From positions 8,781,778-8,845,777 of the forward strand of contig CM082581.2 of assembly GCA_040954595.2 (NCBI GenBank): a stretch of DNA of 64,000 nt, in the 5' to 3' direction. This document shows, in pieces, positions 15,701 through 31,200 of the stretch (its first letter is position 1; every line of letters starts with the position of its first letter). The notes beneath the pieces are model-generated. The model ran no database searches and was not told the DNA's origin. It worked only from the letters and a program-made list of their open reading frames with translations. Position numbers and translations under genes: made by a program. Source of the DNA: Balanoglossus misakiensis (Eukaryota; Animalia; Hemichordata).

Positions 15701-18700
15701 AAAAATCCCACATTTTACATATTACTTGCCTCCGGAGGTATTAATACAGTTTGCCATTTAGAAATCCCATAGGTAGATAAGGCAATAAAAAACGCCCCGC
15801 AAAAGACAAATAAAACACCGATGAGACAAATGAAGGCCAGACGTCATACTTGAGACAGATTCGTATTGTATCATGGGTATTTTCAGCATAGCTACCGTCA
15901 TTACGTATCAGGCTAGATGTTATGGTGATTACATATTTAGGCCACTTATACAGCTGTACATTAATATTTTTCAAGTGAAAATAAACCCAAAACTTACGAA
16001 GGCGCAATGTGTTTCGGTTGGTTAGTTTTTGAAGAAAAAAGAAACGAACGGTGCACAGTAGACAAGCCTTTCGAACGAGTAACACAGTGGCAGTTAAGGA
16101 TCACATCACACGCTGACTTTAGGGCTTTAATCTTAGAAACAATTAGAGAAATTAGATGTACTTGGGCTTTGCCACAGTTCTGCTTCGTCAACCAACCACG
16201 GAACGAAGGTAATGAAATGCTCCATCTAGGTGCATTGTCCGCGTTTGACCAGTTGCGCAGTTAGTGAATTCTTGGTTATATTTAGACCCTCCGCATAAAT
16301 CCTATTCAAATTCATGAAATGATCGTGTAAACGGAAGCCATAATCAATGAACATGGCCTTTCAGACGTTGCTTCATAACTCGGCTAAAGAGCTCCCTTTT
16401 CAGAGGCCAGACGTGCAGGCGTACACTGCAAGGGCCGTATGTTCCCCATTGAAGCGCAACTTTAATTGGCTTTCTCCAGATAATAAGTGTTTGTTTAAGT
16501 GACAAACGTCTGCGAGACAGGTCATTAATCAAGGGGCTTTAAAGTATTGCCTAGATTACGGGATGACGCGCACGCATGCGGGCATCGGCTGATCTCACTG
16601 ACATTTTACTATTTCCACATCGCAGTGATTATTTGACCTGTAAGACCGCTGAATGGCCCAAACGCCAGTGAATCTGATTTTTGGACACAAGAAACCAAGG
16701 AGGGGGGGGGGGTCTATTTCTTCTCTTTGTGCCCATCTTGGGTGCACATGCCAAAAAGATGCCATAACCTCCGCGAGGAAAATTAAATTTGTAAAGGTGC
16801 AGTTTCGCAAGTGGTGAGATTACTAGGAGCCCCCCCCCCCCATACCACCGAGGTTAGGAACTACAGTATCTAAAGGGGCCACCATTGAGGTATTGCAGTG
16901 CCCCCTTAAATAAACTGTTAACTGCAGAAAACAGCGGCATTTGAAGCACACCACTTCTGGTCTTCTTGTGACAATCACACCAGGGATCACGTTGTTGAAG
17001 ATGATGCAGGCGTCGGCGGCAGTGGTTTGAGGGCGCTCACGAGCTACACTTGACTCCTGTCCCGAGGTTTCTGACCTCAACGTATGTGCGCGAAGAAAAC
17101 AATTATAATTTATAGATGACCGCGGGCATTAAAACGAAAGGTAAACAGCATAAATTTAGAGACAGTTACCTCGGACTCTAACCTACCTAACTGAATATAG
17201 CTATGCTTGTTCACTGCCCACAATGCAATGCGTCAACACTTTAATTCGAGAGAGGAAAACACCTTTGATGCAATGGCCTTGACGAAGGACTTGGCTAGCT
17301 ACATCGATTCGATATTTCTCAGAAAAAGGAAACGAGTCACAAATAAATATTTCCTGAAGAATTGCCAATTGCCAATCATACATCACCCACAGAGAGACAT
17401 CCAACCTTTATATCCGTTCCATAATTGGTTTCAGGTCTGTTCATATTATGAAGAAAGTGGCGAGTTTTATGGGTCATGATCACTGTCGTAAAACGAGTAT
17501 TTTTACGACGATGCAATCAGTGTCGCCCAACACATGCTATGTCGTAAGTTTCCTTGCGGACAGTACATACTATGGATATTCGATATTGATATTGCCACAA
17601 CCTATTTTCTATAGGTTAGGGTCGTTGAAAGGCTAAAATATTAATCAATTAATTGTTCACATTGTGGTTTCTGTGTAAGATTTCATTTTCCGTGCAGAGG
17701 TTTAACAAGGCATATGTTTTACAAAGCAATTGTTACCCAATGCCTTACTTTTCGATGCATTGTTGTTCTATTAAATAACGGAGATGAAAACACGAATGGA
17801 TGAATAAACCATTTCTTTAATTTCCTGTAATTCCTTTGTATTTTCAACAAGACATCTTCATGTCTCTGAAGGTTTAAAATGGTATTCTATCTTTTCATCT
17901 CAAGTTATTAACGTTCAGGACAGGTGTACATACACAGTGTAGACTGAGGCTTTGGGTTATCAAGAACATGGACAGGTCATGCGTGCGGTTTACCTAGTAA
18001 GTGCGCCGTTGGCTCAACGTACTATATTATGCCATCAGATTCAACAGGCAATGTTACGGTCGCTCCCCTCTTTGCATGCCAACTTATGCAGTCTAGCTAA
18101 ATCTCATGAAATGTGGAGATTGTAAGCCGGCCTTAGTCTTTGTCAGGGGGTGCCGAGTTTTGCCTAGGTAGAAGTAATGGATCACGTGTCATCAAAGTTT
18201 ATAATCAGATAATTCGAAACGATTTAGAAAATAAAGTTCCTCTATGAGGAAATGATAGATTACACAGCAATAAAATAAGACACAGCCTGTTTCAGTATTA
18301 ATAATTCTAACATTTTCAAAATATAAACTGTAACCGAGTATTGATACAGTTTTCTTTTAAATTAGGTCACTCTCCGTGTTTTTAAGCATTTAATTGTGAA
18401 ATCATTTTTGTGTAAATGATTTAAATCAATAATTTCCCCAAAACGAGGAAATACAAACGTAGTATGTTAACCTTTATCAAGCTTTCTGTTATGAAAACTG
18501 ACTTAAACTCAGAAATTCACACAATTTTTCTGTGAAAATGGTGAAAACCCCTGTCATTTTTTGTTTTGTTTTTTTGTTGTTGTTGAAACATTTAATTCAA
18601 TGCCATAATCATTCATTACGATTGCAGCTGTTGCAATGTACATGTATCTCTCTCGATTTCATTTCGACACTTATTGTCGAGCGATCATTTTACAATATAC

Positions 18701-21420
18701 ACCGATGCATAATTAGTTAAAAGCATTGCCGAAACCTTGTTGTTGCGTCAAAAATGGCCATGCCGTACAAGGTTGAATTAGTATTAATACAATACTCTGG
18801 GTGTAGTTCGAGTCCCCGTACATATTTGCTGCGTCATTGACAGGGTCGTGCCCGTTTGGTTAGAGAAAGTTCGGCTTGCCTTAAAGTTCAGTTGTGCTTT
18901 CAATTTAGTCCGACCCTGAAGGTCGGTCGCTCACGCAGGCATAGGGCCATATGCCTGTTATTACCAACAAGCAATAGTAATCGTAAACCGTAATTGCCCA
19001 TACATACAGTACTATCAAAATGACCCAAAAACAAGGCGTTCGTGGATAATTACCTCCTAAAGCGGCAACGATTTCAGGAATTTAACGATTTAACGAATAT
19101 GTTCGTTCCATGCACCAAGTAGTTTGGCCCGTATGTCACGTGTTTGAATTGATTTCATACAGGACATAATTTTTTTACATTCCTAAAAGTCAACATCGAA
19201 TTTTACAAACACGGAAATCAAATTTTGCGTGCGCTCACCACTGATGGCAGCAGTGGTCTTCAAAAGATCCCGGTACACCAATATCCCACACCCTTAAAAA
19301 TCTGAAACTCCCAAGCGGAAAATATGTGGCTAATGGAACTAACCTTTAAAGCTACGACAAATGGACGACAGGCTATACATTTTGTACCTTCGGGGTCTTT
19401 TCATTAGGGAGGTAAACATAGCATTTATGGAAAACAAGCCGTCCTTGTGTACCGACTATTTGCCCTTTGGAAGTATTCAGGCTAAACCAGTTCTGTTTCA
19501 TCAGTTGACCAGTCGTGTGGCATATGCATATCTGCTATAATTGATTTGGTAATTTTAGATTTTGTGTACGATTACTTTACTCGCAAACTTATCATTCTAC
19601 ATCATGACCCATGTCTTTTCAACATTAATGCTGTCAAGATGTCGCATAAGTGGCCACTCATATTACACAGGTGTGGTGTAACTTTACACTGGATTGAAAG
19701 AACTAACACAATCAGATTTTTCCATTTTTGTTTGAGGTGGACAGTCTGTGTCAAAATTAAAATGTAAATCGCCCTTTTTCAAATAGATTTGGGATATTCA
19801 ATATTATATAAAACTGGTGAGCATACATTTTAGCGATTTTGTTCTCGCGTCAAACGATATCCATATGTCCCAGAATTCCGTTGAAGTATACCCGATGATA
19901 TATAGAACAACTGATTACAAACGTAGTTCCCTTCCCGGCGAGTTCCTCGTGAGTGATTATTGAGGTATATGTGCATGTATGGAGTCTGCAGGTAAACTTG
20001 GCACCCTGTTGATCTGGTTTAAAGCGATTCTCTTAGATATAGACGCCAATTCGAAAGTATTGCAGGCTACAATGCTTCTGTCCTTCAAATCACGCCGGTG
20101 CCGTAGGCTGCATGATGCGCATGCTGCTATTTTTAATCCGTTGGCTTATACATGATGTGCCGGAGTGCTTACTTCATTAATGACGCCTACACAAGACATT
20201 TCCCACGCCGTGTACAACTGTGTTTCAGAGAGGCGCCGAAAATGCGTATACTTGCCGAAAGATCTTGGGTGGAGAGAGTGTACAGTTCTGTTTTCACTTT
20301 ACATGCAGTGAGCGTCAAAATACATGCAAATATGACAATTCACACCCTTTCAAAAATATTGAATAAGTTAAAATGCTCCACATCTTTTCAATTGTTTCGT
20401 CATGGGTGACATCACTTCGACTGGAGGATAAGACTTAGTTTTTTAATCAACTTGGTCTTTCACGTAAATCACACGCCGACACATTATCAGAGATTACGAA
20501 ATTACTTTTCACACGCCAATATTCCAGGTTACAACATATTTGAACCGTGCGTGTCAGCATACCCTTTGTCATTCGTAGCTAGGCTGGACGATAGTAACGA
20601 TACAATCTAGAATCTCCAGAAACGCGTTACCGGAGACCATGTTTCACGTAAATGTCACCGAAACACTGAGGGGAATAGAAACACTATCTGCTGTTACTTT
20701 GGAGACATCGTTTGGTCTCATTTGAGGGTTCGACGCTGATAAAAACTTCCCGCGGTGGGAGAATTGGGAGGAAAGATACAAAATTAAAGGGATTTTGCTG
20801 ATGAGATACCAGCCATATGTCGCTGTGAAATGCATTTCTCATTTTGTAAGAACCCGATAATTCGAGATCGTCCATTCGGCGATTGACAAGTCAGATAAAA
20901 GTTCAGCCATTTTACCATACTTGTTTTTATCACTTTTTGTCCCTTTTGATGACGTCGTCACACAATTGTAACAGGGGCCCGCTTGAACGCGGAGGCGTCG
21001 CTATTTTCGCGTCGAATGCACGCTAGTGAAAAACAACAACGCCGAACGACCAGCTTTGTTGTATCCGATTTACGCACGACAACATCAATTTTAAATGTCT
21101 ATATGCCTCGCCTAATTTTCTTCTCAAATGATCATCGCAGGATGTGAGGGTATTGGCGCAAGCCGCAATTTGGCGACCTCAGTCTCTGGGTTAGATCAAA
21201 ATGTATGAAAACAAGTTAGTAAATTATGGTAACATATGACACGAACCTACTCCATTTTCGCGTATGATCACACTCATCATTCATAAGCACACAAATCAAT
21301 GGGAATTTAGATAGGCTTAATTTTGCCAATTTAATCTTGCCATTTTAATATCACGGTGAGTGTACAAATGAAAGTGTTATTCCTTTGAGCCGTTCTTAAC
21401 ATATCGCGCCAAGGAACATA

Positions 21421-21510
21421 CAGGCAGACATGCAGGCAGGCAGGCAGTCAGATAGGTAGGTAGGTAGGTAGGTATAGGTAGGTAGGTATAGTATTAGGTA
21501 GGTAGGTTGA
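21421..21510. repeat. Imperfect (AGGC)n/(AGGT)n tetranucleotide microsatellite
   Basis: caggcaggcaggcag...taggtaggtaggtagg. Confidence 0.9.
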
Positions 21511-22461
21511 CAGGTATCATTATGTGGTGAGGTCCAAAAGACAGAAACGTACGGAAAATAGACATTCGTAGTTTGGTGAGTTACAAACACAGCAAATATT
21601 AACGATTAGTGATCATCCGCAGCCATAGATTTCAGCTGCAAGATGAACAGTGACATTCATACGTTGGGGGCGAATAGGGGACAAGTGATAATTGCCAACA
21701 GCTGACACTGATAGTTACGTTTACTAAATCATGCAACAGCCGTGGTGTGCAAATAACGGCTTATTTACGCGGCAAAAAGAGAAGTATGTTATTGCATCTG
21801 AAATTCAATTTTGTGTCCACTGTTTGCAATTTTATATACGTTACACTAACAAGTTAAGCTGGTTCTTGGTGCCGCTGGTCATTGCATACCTATTTATAGC
21901 ATTTCAGTGACGCAATGAAATCAAATTGTTCCATTAGAGACGGGTGAAGACGAATCAGTTGGATTAGAGCACCGTTAAATTGCTGGACAGCTTTCACCAA
22001 TTATCGAAATCAAAAATAGATGAGTAACAGCTGGACACGCATACTGACAAAGGCACAAGTGTTTACCGCAACGTGGCTATCATAAAGGCGGAATATTTCG
22101 GTCCCTCGTTGCGCCTGTACATCAATGACATTCGTGCACAAAAGCTACGACGTTCTCTGTGCACTTCGATGCATGTGGTCAGAGTTTGCAACCAATGTTA
22201 TGCGATGTCATATATTTATCTAGAGTTGCATGGCTAATTTACGATTGAATATTTGTGGATAGAACTGAAATATGACAGCAGCGGCAAACTGGACATTATA
22301 CATGTAAATGTAAGGATGTCTCTGCAGTAAAGTTTATTGTTGGGGATAGTGGTCATGAAACAAAGCTGTAGTACATGTACTTTTATATGGCAGGCTTAGA
22401 AGACAACAGTATGTGAATATGTGTTTGTCACAGTCAGGTCAGCGAGGGGAAACGATGTCAC

Positions 22462-22519
22462 GAGAGGGGGAGAGGGGGAGAGGGAGAGAGAGGGGGGAGG
22501 GAGAGGAGAGAAGGGGAGA
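22462..22519. repeat. Polypurine (GA/GGA) low-complexity tract
   Basis: gagagggggagagggggagagggagagagaggggggagggagaggagagaaggggaga. Confidence 0.9.
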
Positions 22520-25157
22520 CTCAAACCTCCCTTGTAATTGTTTAGCGAAAGCATCAGCTGATGAATTGCTTCAATCTAATGTCGCACTGTAGAAAAAAAA
22601 ACAATTGTATCCCTTTCGAGTGAACAAATCTTGATGTGCGTTGTGTGAAAACTTATTGTCATGCAAAGATTAGAAGCCTTTTTATTCCGATTATTATCAG
22701 ATGGTTTTCCTGCTGCGAGTGCGTGCCCTTAACAACCTCCATACATTTTGGTTTCCGCCAGAAAAGTTATTAATAAAAGGAAAAATTCTGAATATATTTA
22801 TATTCTTATTAATAGTTATTAATCAATACCATGTATGTGATAGTATAGATCGTGTTATGCCCCGTTGCAAATTCTGTGGATACAAAACCCCGGCGTTGTT
22901 TCAAAGATATAAAAGACACGTTATCCATCACTTTGGCTTCATTAGATAAAAATCGTAATTAATGGCCCCGAGAGAGGTGATTCCATTAATCACACCTGGG
23001 ATGTAGATGCATGTCACACATCACGCTTAGAGAATGTTGAATAGAAATGATACGATCAACGTTTAGCGGTAAAACGCCACACGTTTGTGCGCGGCTAAAA
23101 GGAATGGTAAGTGTTTTTGAGAGTCAATTGCGTACTTGGTGAGTCGTCAGGGGTTTATTGATTATTTGGCTTTAATATGCGATAGATGCTAGGTATAGGT
23201 GCGTGTGGGAAGTTAGTTAGTGATTTTGTTTCTTCTTTAAGATAAAAAATGGACAACAGGTGCGCTCGGCAGAAATGAAAACCACTGCAAGCAAAATGAA
23301 TATGTGATTACAGAATTGGACACTGAACCGCGTCACGAAATGCTCGTGGTCGGTAGAATGAAATATAGATGTGAGCCTGTTTTGCAACCCACGGAGGTTA
23401 TTTTCTTTCATTAAACGGAGAGCAACCGACGGATATTGCAGTTGTTGTACCAGGCCTGCTTGTAACTATCTTCGCAGGCAAGTTAAGTACATTTTGATTC
23501 AGAAGTGACTGACACATGTGTTGGCAGACACTGTACTGAGACGCACAGTATTGGCGGTTTGGATTCTTCAGGAGTGCAAATTGAGTACTAAATTGATTTC
23601 ATAATGAGGAAACGATTTAATCACTGTATTCCCTTGCCGTTGAGGCGATTGAGAAACACACCGTTTTCAGTGTCGGTCGCCGCTTGTGTCTGTGATGTGA
23701 AGAGATTTGCAGAACGGGAACACAGCAAACCAGCGTTCAATCAATTTCATTGATGCCGTAGTCCGTGCGGGATACGCAGTTGCTTTTATGTTGAAAGGAA
23801 CTATTTGAAACCTAAATGAATTATATTTCGAGTGGATTAATTTAACGCTGCACGCAGAGCGTCACTGTCGTGATATATTCTTTCGAGGTTGTTGTGAACA
23901 GTGCCTGTAAAAATCGCGTTAAACACCAGTAGATGTCAGCGTAACCTACATCAAACAATTTCCATCTAACCCTCGCTCATAGTGAGTGAGACTAAGACGT
24001 CTTTTGGAACTCTATAGACAGGGAAACCAACTCACCCATGACCACCGCTGTTTACTAATTTAAAGTATCGAAGTGTGATTATCAACATGGCTCAGTCAGG
24101 TATTTGTGTTTAAAAAATGCTTGATCCAATATCACATCCACATGACGTGGTGACAATATAACATCTCTCTAGATTTAGAGGATGGACGCCGACCAGTAAC
24201 GATTATTCGGCAGAATTTAATATCTGGTGTCTTCCTTTGCGCAATCGCAAATGCCGTTTCAAAGCAAACCGCGGCCGTGTGAGTCGTGCATGTGTAATCA
24301 GGACATTACTGGTTACAATGGATGACTCAAAACCGGGTCACAATCCTATTTTGTGATGATGTTTTCATCTAGCCGACACGTGGTGTCGCTTGATTGATGA
24401 CAAAATTACTGATACTGCGTACATGCATGAATGATCAAAGCAACCCATGTGTTTGATTTTTGTGGTAGCGTTCTTTATCTCGCCGACGTGTGCTCTCGCG
24501 GGATCAATGACGTAATTGACATTGTTTCGTTCATATGTAATCAAAGTAATGTATGTATGTGCATGGATATATGAAATTGTATGTTGTAGCCAGATCTTTT
24601 GTATAATAGAAGTAAAATTGAGAAGGTGAAAAGACGTACGCGAAAAGTTATACTGTAAATGTTGCTATGGATGACAGAGCTTTATGGCTCACTGAGACCT
24701 AAATTTGTTGCCTTGGATACTTAAAGTGGTTTCTTCCGCTAAGAGGGCCCATTATTGAACGCGGCTAGGTAAGAAATGGCTCCATACATGTATCGCAGGG
24801 CAGTCGATACTTTAAGCCTTCGAGAGACAAATCAGTTGGCACCACACAGACGCCTGGCATTTATTTTTCCACAATCATTTTCTGTCAACATCCGTGTGTC
24901 AGAAATAAGCCGACTTGCGGTTTCTCTGGAAAAACTGCTGGATAGCTGTTCCACAAACGTCTTGATTAGAGTACCGATTTTGACCCGCCGACATCTCTTT
25001 TTCTGCTGTTTAATCTGCCGCTTCCAGTTGTGTTTTTTTCTGTTGTAGATCAGACACACTGAGACTCGACTTAGCGATGGCTGCTTTAATCAGAGGGACA
25101 CGCAGCGTAAAAGTTCTCACTCACACGTAGCGTTTATGCAATGGCACTCCAATGATA

Positions 25158-25181
25158 ACCACCACCACCACCACAACCACC

Positions 25182-25256
<75 letters not shown>
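25158..25256. repeat. Compound microsatellite (ACC)n + (ATC)24
   Basis: Directly visible; the ATC run spans 25185-25256. Confidence 0.98.
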
Positions 25257-28200
25257 GGACACACACACTCTCCCCCCCCCCCCACACACCCACACACTGC
25301 GAACAATCAAGATATGCATATTTGCAGCACACGTACGGTATCTAAAATGGCAATGTTCCTCGGGATTTGGAGACATCTGGGCGCCAATCGAAACGGTGGA
25401 CGGGCGTCATCAGTATCCTTCAAGCATTCGGGGATGTCTGAGATGCGGTACCCATCCGGAATTATAGTCGGATTCAAACCAAAATAACGACCCCGGGATA
25501 TGCATTCTGTCGCCAAGTGCAGCGTTTAAAGTTTGAACAATCAAAATTGCATGAGAATGAGTTCGGTAAACCTCAGTGATTAGTGAGTGGCACCGGATGG
25601 GTCCAATCCGGTGGAGATTGCAACAATCGCCTCCAGCAACCCTATGATGTGTGCATTTATTTCCCCAGCTGATTCGTTTAATGCAAGCGCACGCACTGCC
25701 GGCATGTGCTGAATCTTTGAAGAGACATACTTCTGTATAAACCGCTGTAGATCAATGGCACCTCAGGAGTCGGCTCGTGTGCATTCAAGCGTTTCTATAA
25801 TAGATATCATGGGCTGCTGAATAAATACGGCGTCTCTATTAGACAAATAATCCCTCCCAGATGATATCACTGAAACAATTTAGGATTTCAATTGTGTGTC
25901 TTGCCTATAGTGTATACGTATACCTGTGCTTTGATTCTTTGTTTAAAGCCTATTCTCGTTCGTGCTATCATAAACATTGTATTTGGGCATGACAATTCCT
26001 GATGGACATATTTACATGTGGGTTTTATGTTGCTCGGCTTAGGATAGGTAATCACTTTGCCTTTGAACGAATTCGGATGACTTCGGTTTTTAAATCGTCG
26101 TTGAGCTTAGGTTTATTAATGCGTCACCGAATCCCCGATACCATGAACGGCGGTCTTAAATTCTACTCATACAAATCAGTTCGGCTCTTGGCAGGTTCTT
26201 GTACATACGTTCCGGCTATCGCCTTTCACCACAGCAACAGGCAATGATTAAACTTTCCAGTCTCTTAAAAGGGGATTTATCTCTTTGCTTGTATTGATTT
26301 TTGATTACCGTGTCTGATTGTCTCTTAGCTGTTAATGTTGACGATGTCTGCTTGTATTGAGAATGCCGTCACGTATGCTACAGGTGTTGAGAACGTTCTA
26401 TACGTGGTGCAATTCATAGGTCTGTGCAGGAAGCACGTTCCCGCAGATACTGTTGTTTCTTCTCGTTTTGATTTTGTTCCTTGTTTTTTTCTCGTGATAA
26501 AATACGTTTGAACACTATACATGTACTATAACAGTGGAGTGTACGGAATATTATTGAGATCAACAACGACACATATCCCCGTATTCCCACTTTCGTCCCT
26601 TTATTTGATAGTCAAGTGTAACAGAATATTTGTATCGTTAGAAATATCTAAACCCTTAACAGCTTTGGCCTCGACTCGATTAATATCCATCAGTCTGTCA
26701 TACAATGTCGAAAACATAAACAATAGATGTTTGATATGTAGCCAACTTACCCATCAAGGTTAACATATTACGGAACGGATGGTGTCCACATTGGACGTTT
26801 CGGGAGATAGTATTGGATTGTAACTGAATATTCTGATGTTAGCTCATAGACAATCCGACCTTATTAAATGGTCTCATTTGCCACATTCGTCTTTTGAACG
26901 TGACCACTTCCAAGAATTTCCAGCAAAATGGGGTGATAGTAAAGATAGGGGTCATGCAGCGCTCTCTTCTCTCCTACAGGTTTCTGAAAATCACATATTT
27001 CCTTCGGCTCTGAAGATCTGTGTGATTCTCCGCCAAGAATGACTTTGTCTTTTTGATTTCGTGTGTCTGTAGCGTATCCTGCTCAGTTTGACAGATGAAA
27101 GACTCGCGGCAGCAGCCACATACTGAGGGACCGTGAATGTGACACGCACAGTCCCGAGGATAGACAGGCGCCGTGCTGTTATACCCGAATGAGGCCGGTT
27201 AATGTATTATGGTTGTTTTGTAGCACATGTCAAATGATTTTGCCGTCATGCGTGGCTTTGGCTGCAACACAGACGGACATTGTCATTCGTGCGTTTCCTC
27301 GGGTGCTTCGTCATCTTGAAGCTGTCCTGTTACCTGGTCAGGTACAATGTAAGCGTATGCAAACTGCTGGCCAATAACCGAGCTCGTTGTTTTGTATCAG
27401 CGCAAAGAGAAATCGGTAAAACCTTTGCCGTCGGCAACAACAATTTAAAGTCATAGTTTCCAGCGCGAAACCGAGCAACACGTACTGAGTTTCCCAATGG
27501 TGAGTGATGATGTCACGGGGAATCTGTCAGGAAGACATAAATCTCGCTGCCGTCTGCTTATAACTCAATATCTCTAACTTAACAGAACAATTCACTTGTG
27601 CGTACGTTCAGATCAATCTCGAATTCCTGGCTGGTGACATAATAAACGGTGTCGAATTGTTCTTCACGTCTGTTCAAATATGTCTTTATTCAGGCCCATA
27701 TCGTGCGTGTTTCATTCCCCATTATTCCACATTACCAGAAGTATGTATGATTAACAGTCCCATATGGTACGGAGCAGACACAAAGGGTCGCGTGATCTGG
27801 ATATATTTAACCAGTATACGTATATATGTTTGGTAATGTATTGATTAAATACAGATACGTGACGCTCCATGGGACGTACGTGTCATAACACTTTGACATT
27901 AGTACTCCTGTCGAGAATGACAAATACGCGTCTCTGTATCCCTTTTCAATAAAAGAACAATATATAACCTATATGTACTAAATGTAGGGTCTCGTGGCTG
28001 TAATTTCCTCTTCTGGGACATTTTTAAAAACAAATCTGTATCAATTCCACGAATGCATCGAAAAGACCCACTGCGTGGAACATGAGACGACCGAAGAAAC
28101 GCGATCTGGTTCATCATCGATTCCACGGATGCAACATTTATGGATACAGTATCTTTTGAACTGAATAAATAATAGTCTGGTCAAGGAAACGATCTTCGGG

Positions 28201-31200
28201 GTCACGAACTCTTAAAGTTTAACGATGTGAAATACGATGCTTGTTCAGGGCAGCTCTCATTTTTCAACTGACACTCATATTGGAGCATATTTGTTACATT
28301 CGGTCGTGTGACAGAAATATAAATCAACAGAAATATAAATATACAAGTGATTAAAGGCTTAGATTCTGGGATTCGCTATATAGCGTGAAATGCATGCGGC
28401 CAAGGGGTGCGTTTAGTCAGTATTAATCATTTGTGCGACCACAAATCGTGCGGTTTCTCTAAAAAAAAGAGATGGTGCTTCCCCTGAACCGGCTGTAGTT
28501 TGCATCATGGGAAGAGAGTTATTTCGGGAGAAACCATTTAAGCGCAGGTAGAGGCCAAGTAAGTTGACATATTGCGGCTGGTTGGATTTGAATATTTTGT
28601 CGAAACCTTTTTGTGCACAAATTTTGTTTTGTCTTTCCGATTTTTTTTTCCAAATTGTGTAGCTTTTTAGAGAGAAATCACACAAGTAATGAAAGTAACG
28701 TCTATTGGCTACCGATCCCTCAGCTTGAAGTCATTAACTGTGTCATCAGTGGCTTTAGAAGATTGGTGACAGCAGTTTTGATTACAATGTGAATTCTTAT
28801 GCAAATTTCAAGTGATAATAGCGACGAAAGGGTGTTGTATACATGCAGTCTTTCTACCAGAAAATGATGATTCGTTACAGGTGGGATAGTGGTGCCTTAT
28901 GACGCCAATACACAGTAACCAATCGGGCGATCACACACCAAAAAGAATCTGCCTGACGTGCAAATTAAACCGCGCAACAATGAAAACCGCACAAGTGTGA
29001 ACCTTTAGTTGGAAGTATGATTGTTTTTTGACATCTTTGCCTATGGTGATACCTACATCAATGTACATGTAATTGTCGGATTGGTTTGTTCGTAACACCC
29101 TCGAAAAGTACTTGAAAGTATTCAAGGTCAAATTATGAGTAATAACCAGGTTATTATCTCGTCTGTCGGTGACACCATGCGCAGTTGCATGTACTCAATG
29201 TTTGGCTTGATTAAAACTTACCTAATGGAAATTATTCCTAATGCTACTTCGGCGTGCGCTATGAGTACAAGTTAAATAGCTAACGTCGCTTGATTTTATA
29301 TTACATGCGCACGTTGTTACAGTTATGTAGTCACGTTTTTTAATGTTTTCCCTGAGGTTGGAAACTCGCGCTGTCGCAAATGCGTCGGATGTACGCTACA
29401 TTAATTATCAGAGCATTCGACTAACATCCGATCCTGAATAAAACTGTTTTTTTTTTGTTCACTTAATTCAAATGAACGTAATTTTGCTGAAGGGATTTGA
29501 TATTTCATGAGTTTTTTAACAGGGCACCTAGGGGCGAAACCCCGGGACGCGGTTCCCCATTAGTCGTAATTGAACTATAATACGTTTCAATTAACGTACA
29601 AGGCACTAGTAGCCGCCGGGTAGTTGGCGAAGAAATAGTTACCGGCAACATTTTGAGTCACCCCAAGTCACAGTTCGCGGTTTATATTAAGGTAGAGCGT
29701 CTGTGAAGGTCTCGGGTAAGGCCCTCACATATGTAAGAGTACATCAGGCAACTATTAAATTGTGCAGTAGAGTAAGCAATTGCGTTCAAAAGCCAACGGT
29801 TATACGGCGTAATGGATTTTAGTAAAGTCAATTTAATAATATTAACACAATTTTTTGTACAACGTACATGGTGTGGATTGCGCTGGAGTCATTTAACACA
29901 TGGCAGTGAGCAGAATAACATAACTAGCCTATCAAAAGAAATAAAACATAACAAAAATAATATTAGAAGTTAGCGAATTTAAGGGACAGGGTCGTGTCTT
30001 TTTTCACAGCGTTGTGAAATTAATGAACATCGGTATGCATGCGACAGACAGATGTTGTTGCTCTCACATGCGCGGGTGCTTGTAATGAACCACTGCGATT
30101 TAGAGGCTCGTTATAGAGGACGAAAAATCGATCACCGCCATCCGAACTCTTTTATTCTTGCAGAAATGCCAATACTTGGAAATAGATAATTCCATTCACT
30201 TGGAAAACCAATGCAGTTGTGTCCTACGGCGTCAAACGACATGGATCCGACGTTATTTTATCAAAGGGGAAAGTTCACGCCGATTTCAAGGCTAAGGTCA
30301 AAGCCTTGATTTCCAGGTGTCTGGTTTCAATACATGCAGTTTCACGTGAGGAATTCTGCCATTGAATTAGGCATTGTTCATAAGTATGACACTTTTGACA
30401 ATAAAAAGAACCATTTGTGACACGCATAATACAAAGGTAATATTTGGCGCTGGATAACGATTAAAGGTATATAATCACGTTTAATTGACAAATGCCCGTA
30501 TGTGACGTAACTGGCGTGTCTAAGTCTTCGAATGGCCGTTTGGTGGCTCACTTTTGTTTTCGCGTGGCTACCCCGCCATATCTCAAGTTTCCACGGTAAA
30601 AATGTCAAAATTTGCATAGGTGACCGTGTACCGTTAAACCTCCAAGGTCGCTAGCGCTCTCACATACTCATTCTCGATTGTGAATTGGGGGAAGTGTACT
30701 GTTCACATTATCACGCGGTAAATAAGCTTATTGATCGCACACTTTTAATGTCCAATCCACTGCATTTGTAAAATCGATTTTCCCCTGTAAGTTCGCGATA
30801 AGGTGCCATGTAATCCGTAAAACTGCAGTTTCAGGAGGTGGTTTTCCAGGAAAAATAAAGACGCGGAGAACGCATGTGTCAAGTGATCTTAAAGAAAACG
30901 TTCATTAACGGCGACCGGGCCACTGCTAGAGAATTGATTAGTCTACTGTGAATAGAAATGGCGGCAAGGGTGCCGTTTGAGTATCACGTCGTATCTTCTT
31001 ATATATGCCATTATCATTCATCTTGCAACTTGACATAACTTCAAATATCTACCGCGGGTGATAAAAAAACGTGTTTGTCTTTAGGAATTTTGAAATATTG
31101 TCTGTCTACAAGTTTAGGTGTGGAATGTGTTTACAAGTTGTAAATTATATGGTGGTGGTAGAGGTAACTGATAGTAATTCATTAAATGCATGGATTGCAA

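Noticed and set aside
25121-25487. Poly-M/D/H/I ORFs
   Set aside because: Translations of the (ATC)24 microsatellite in several frames.
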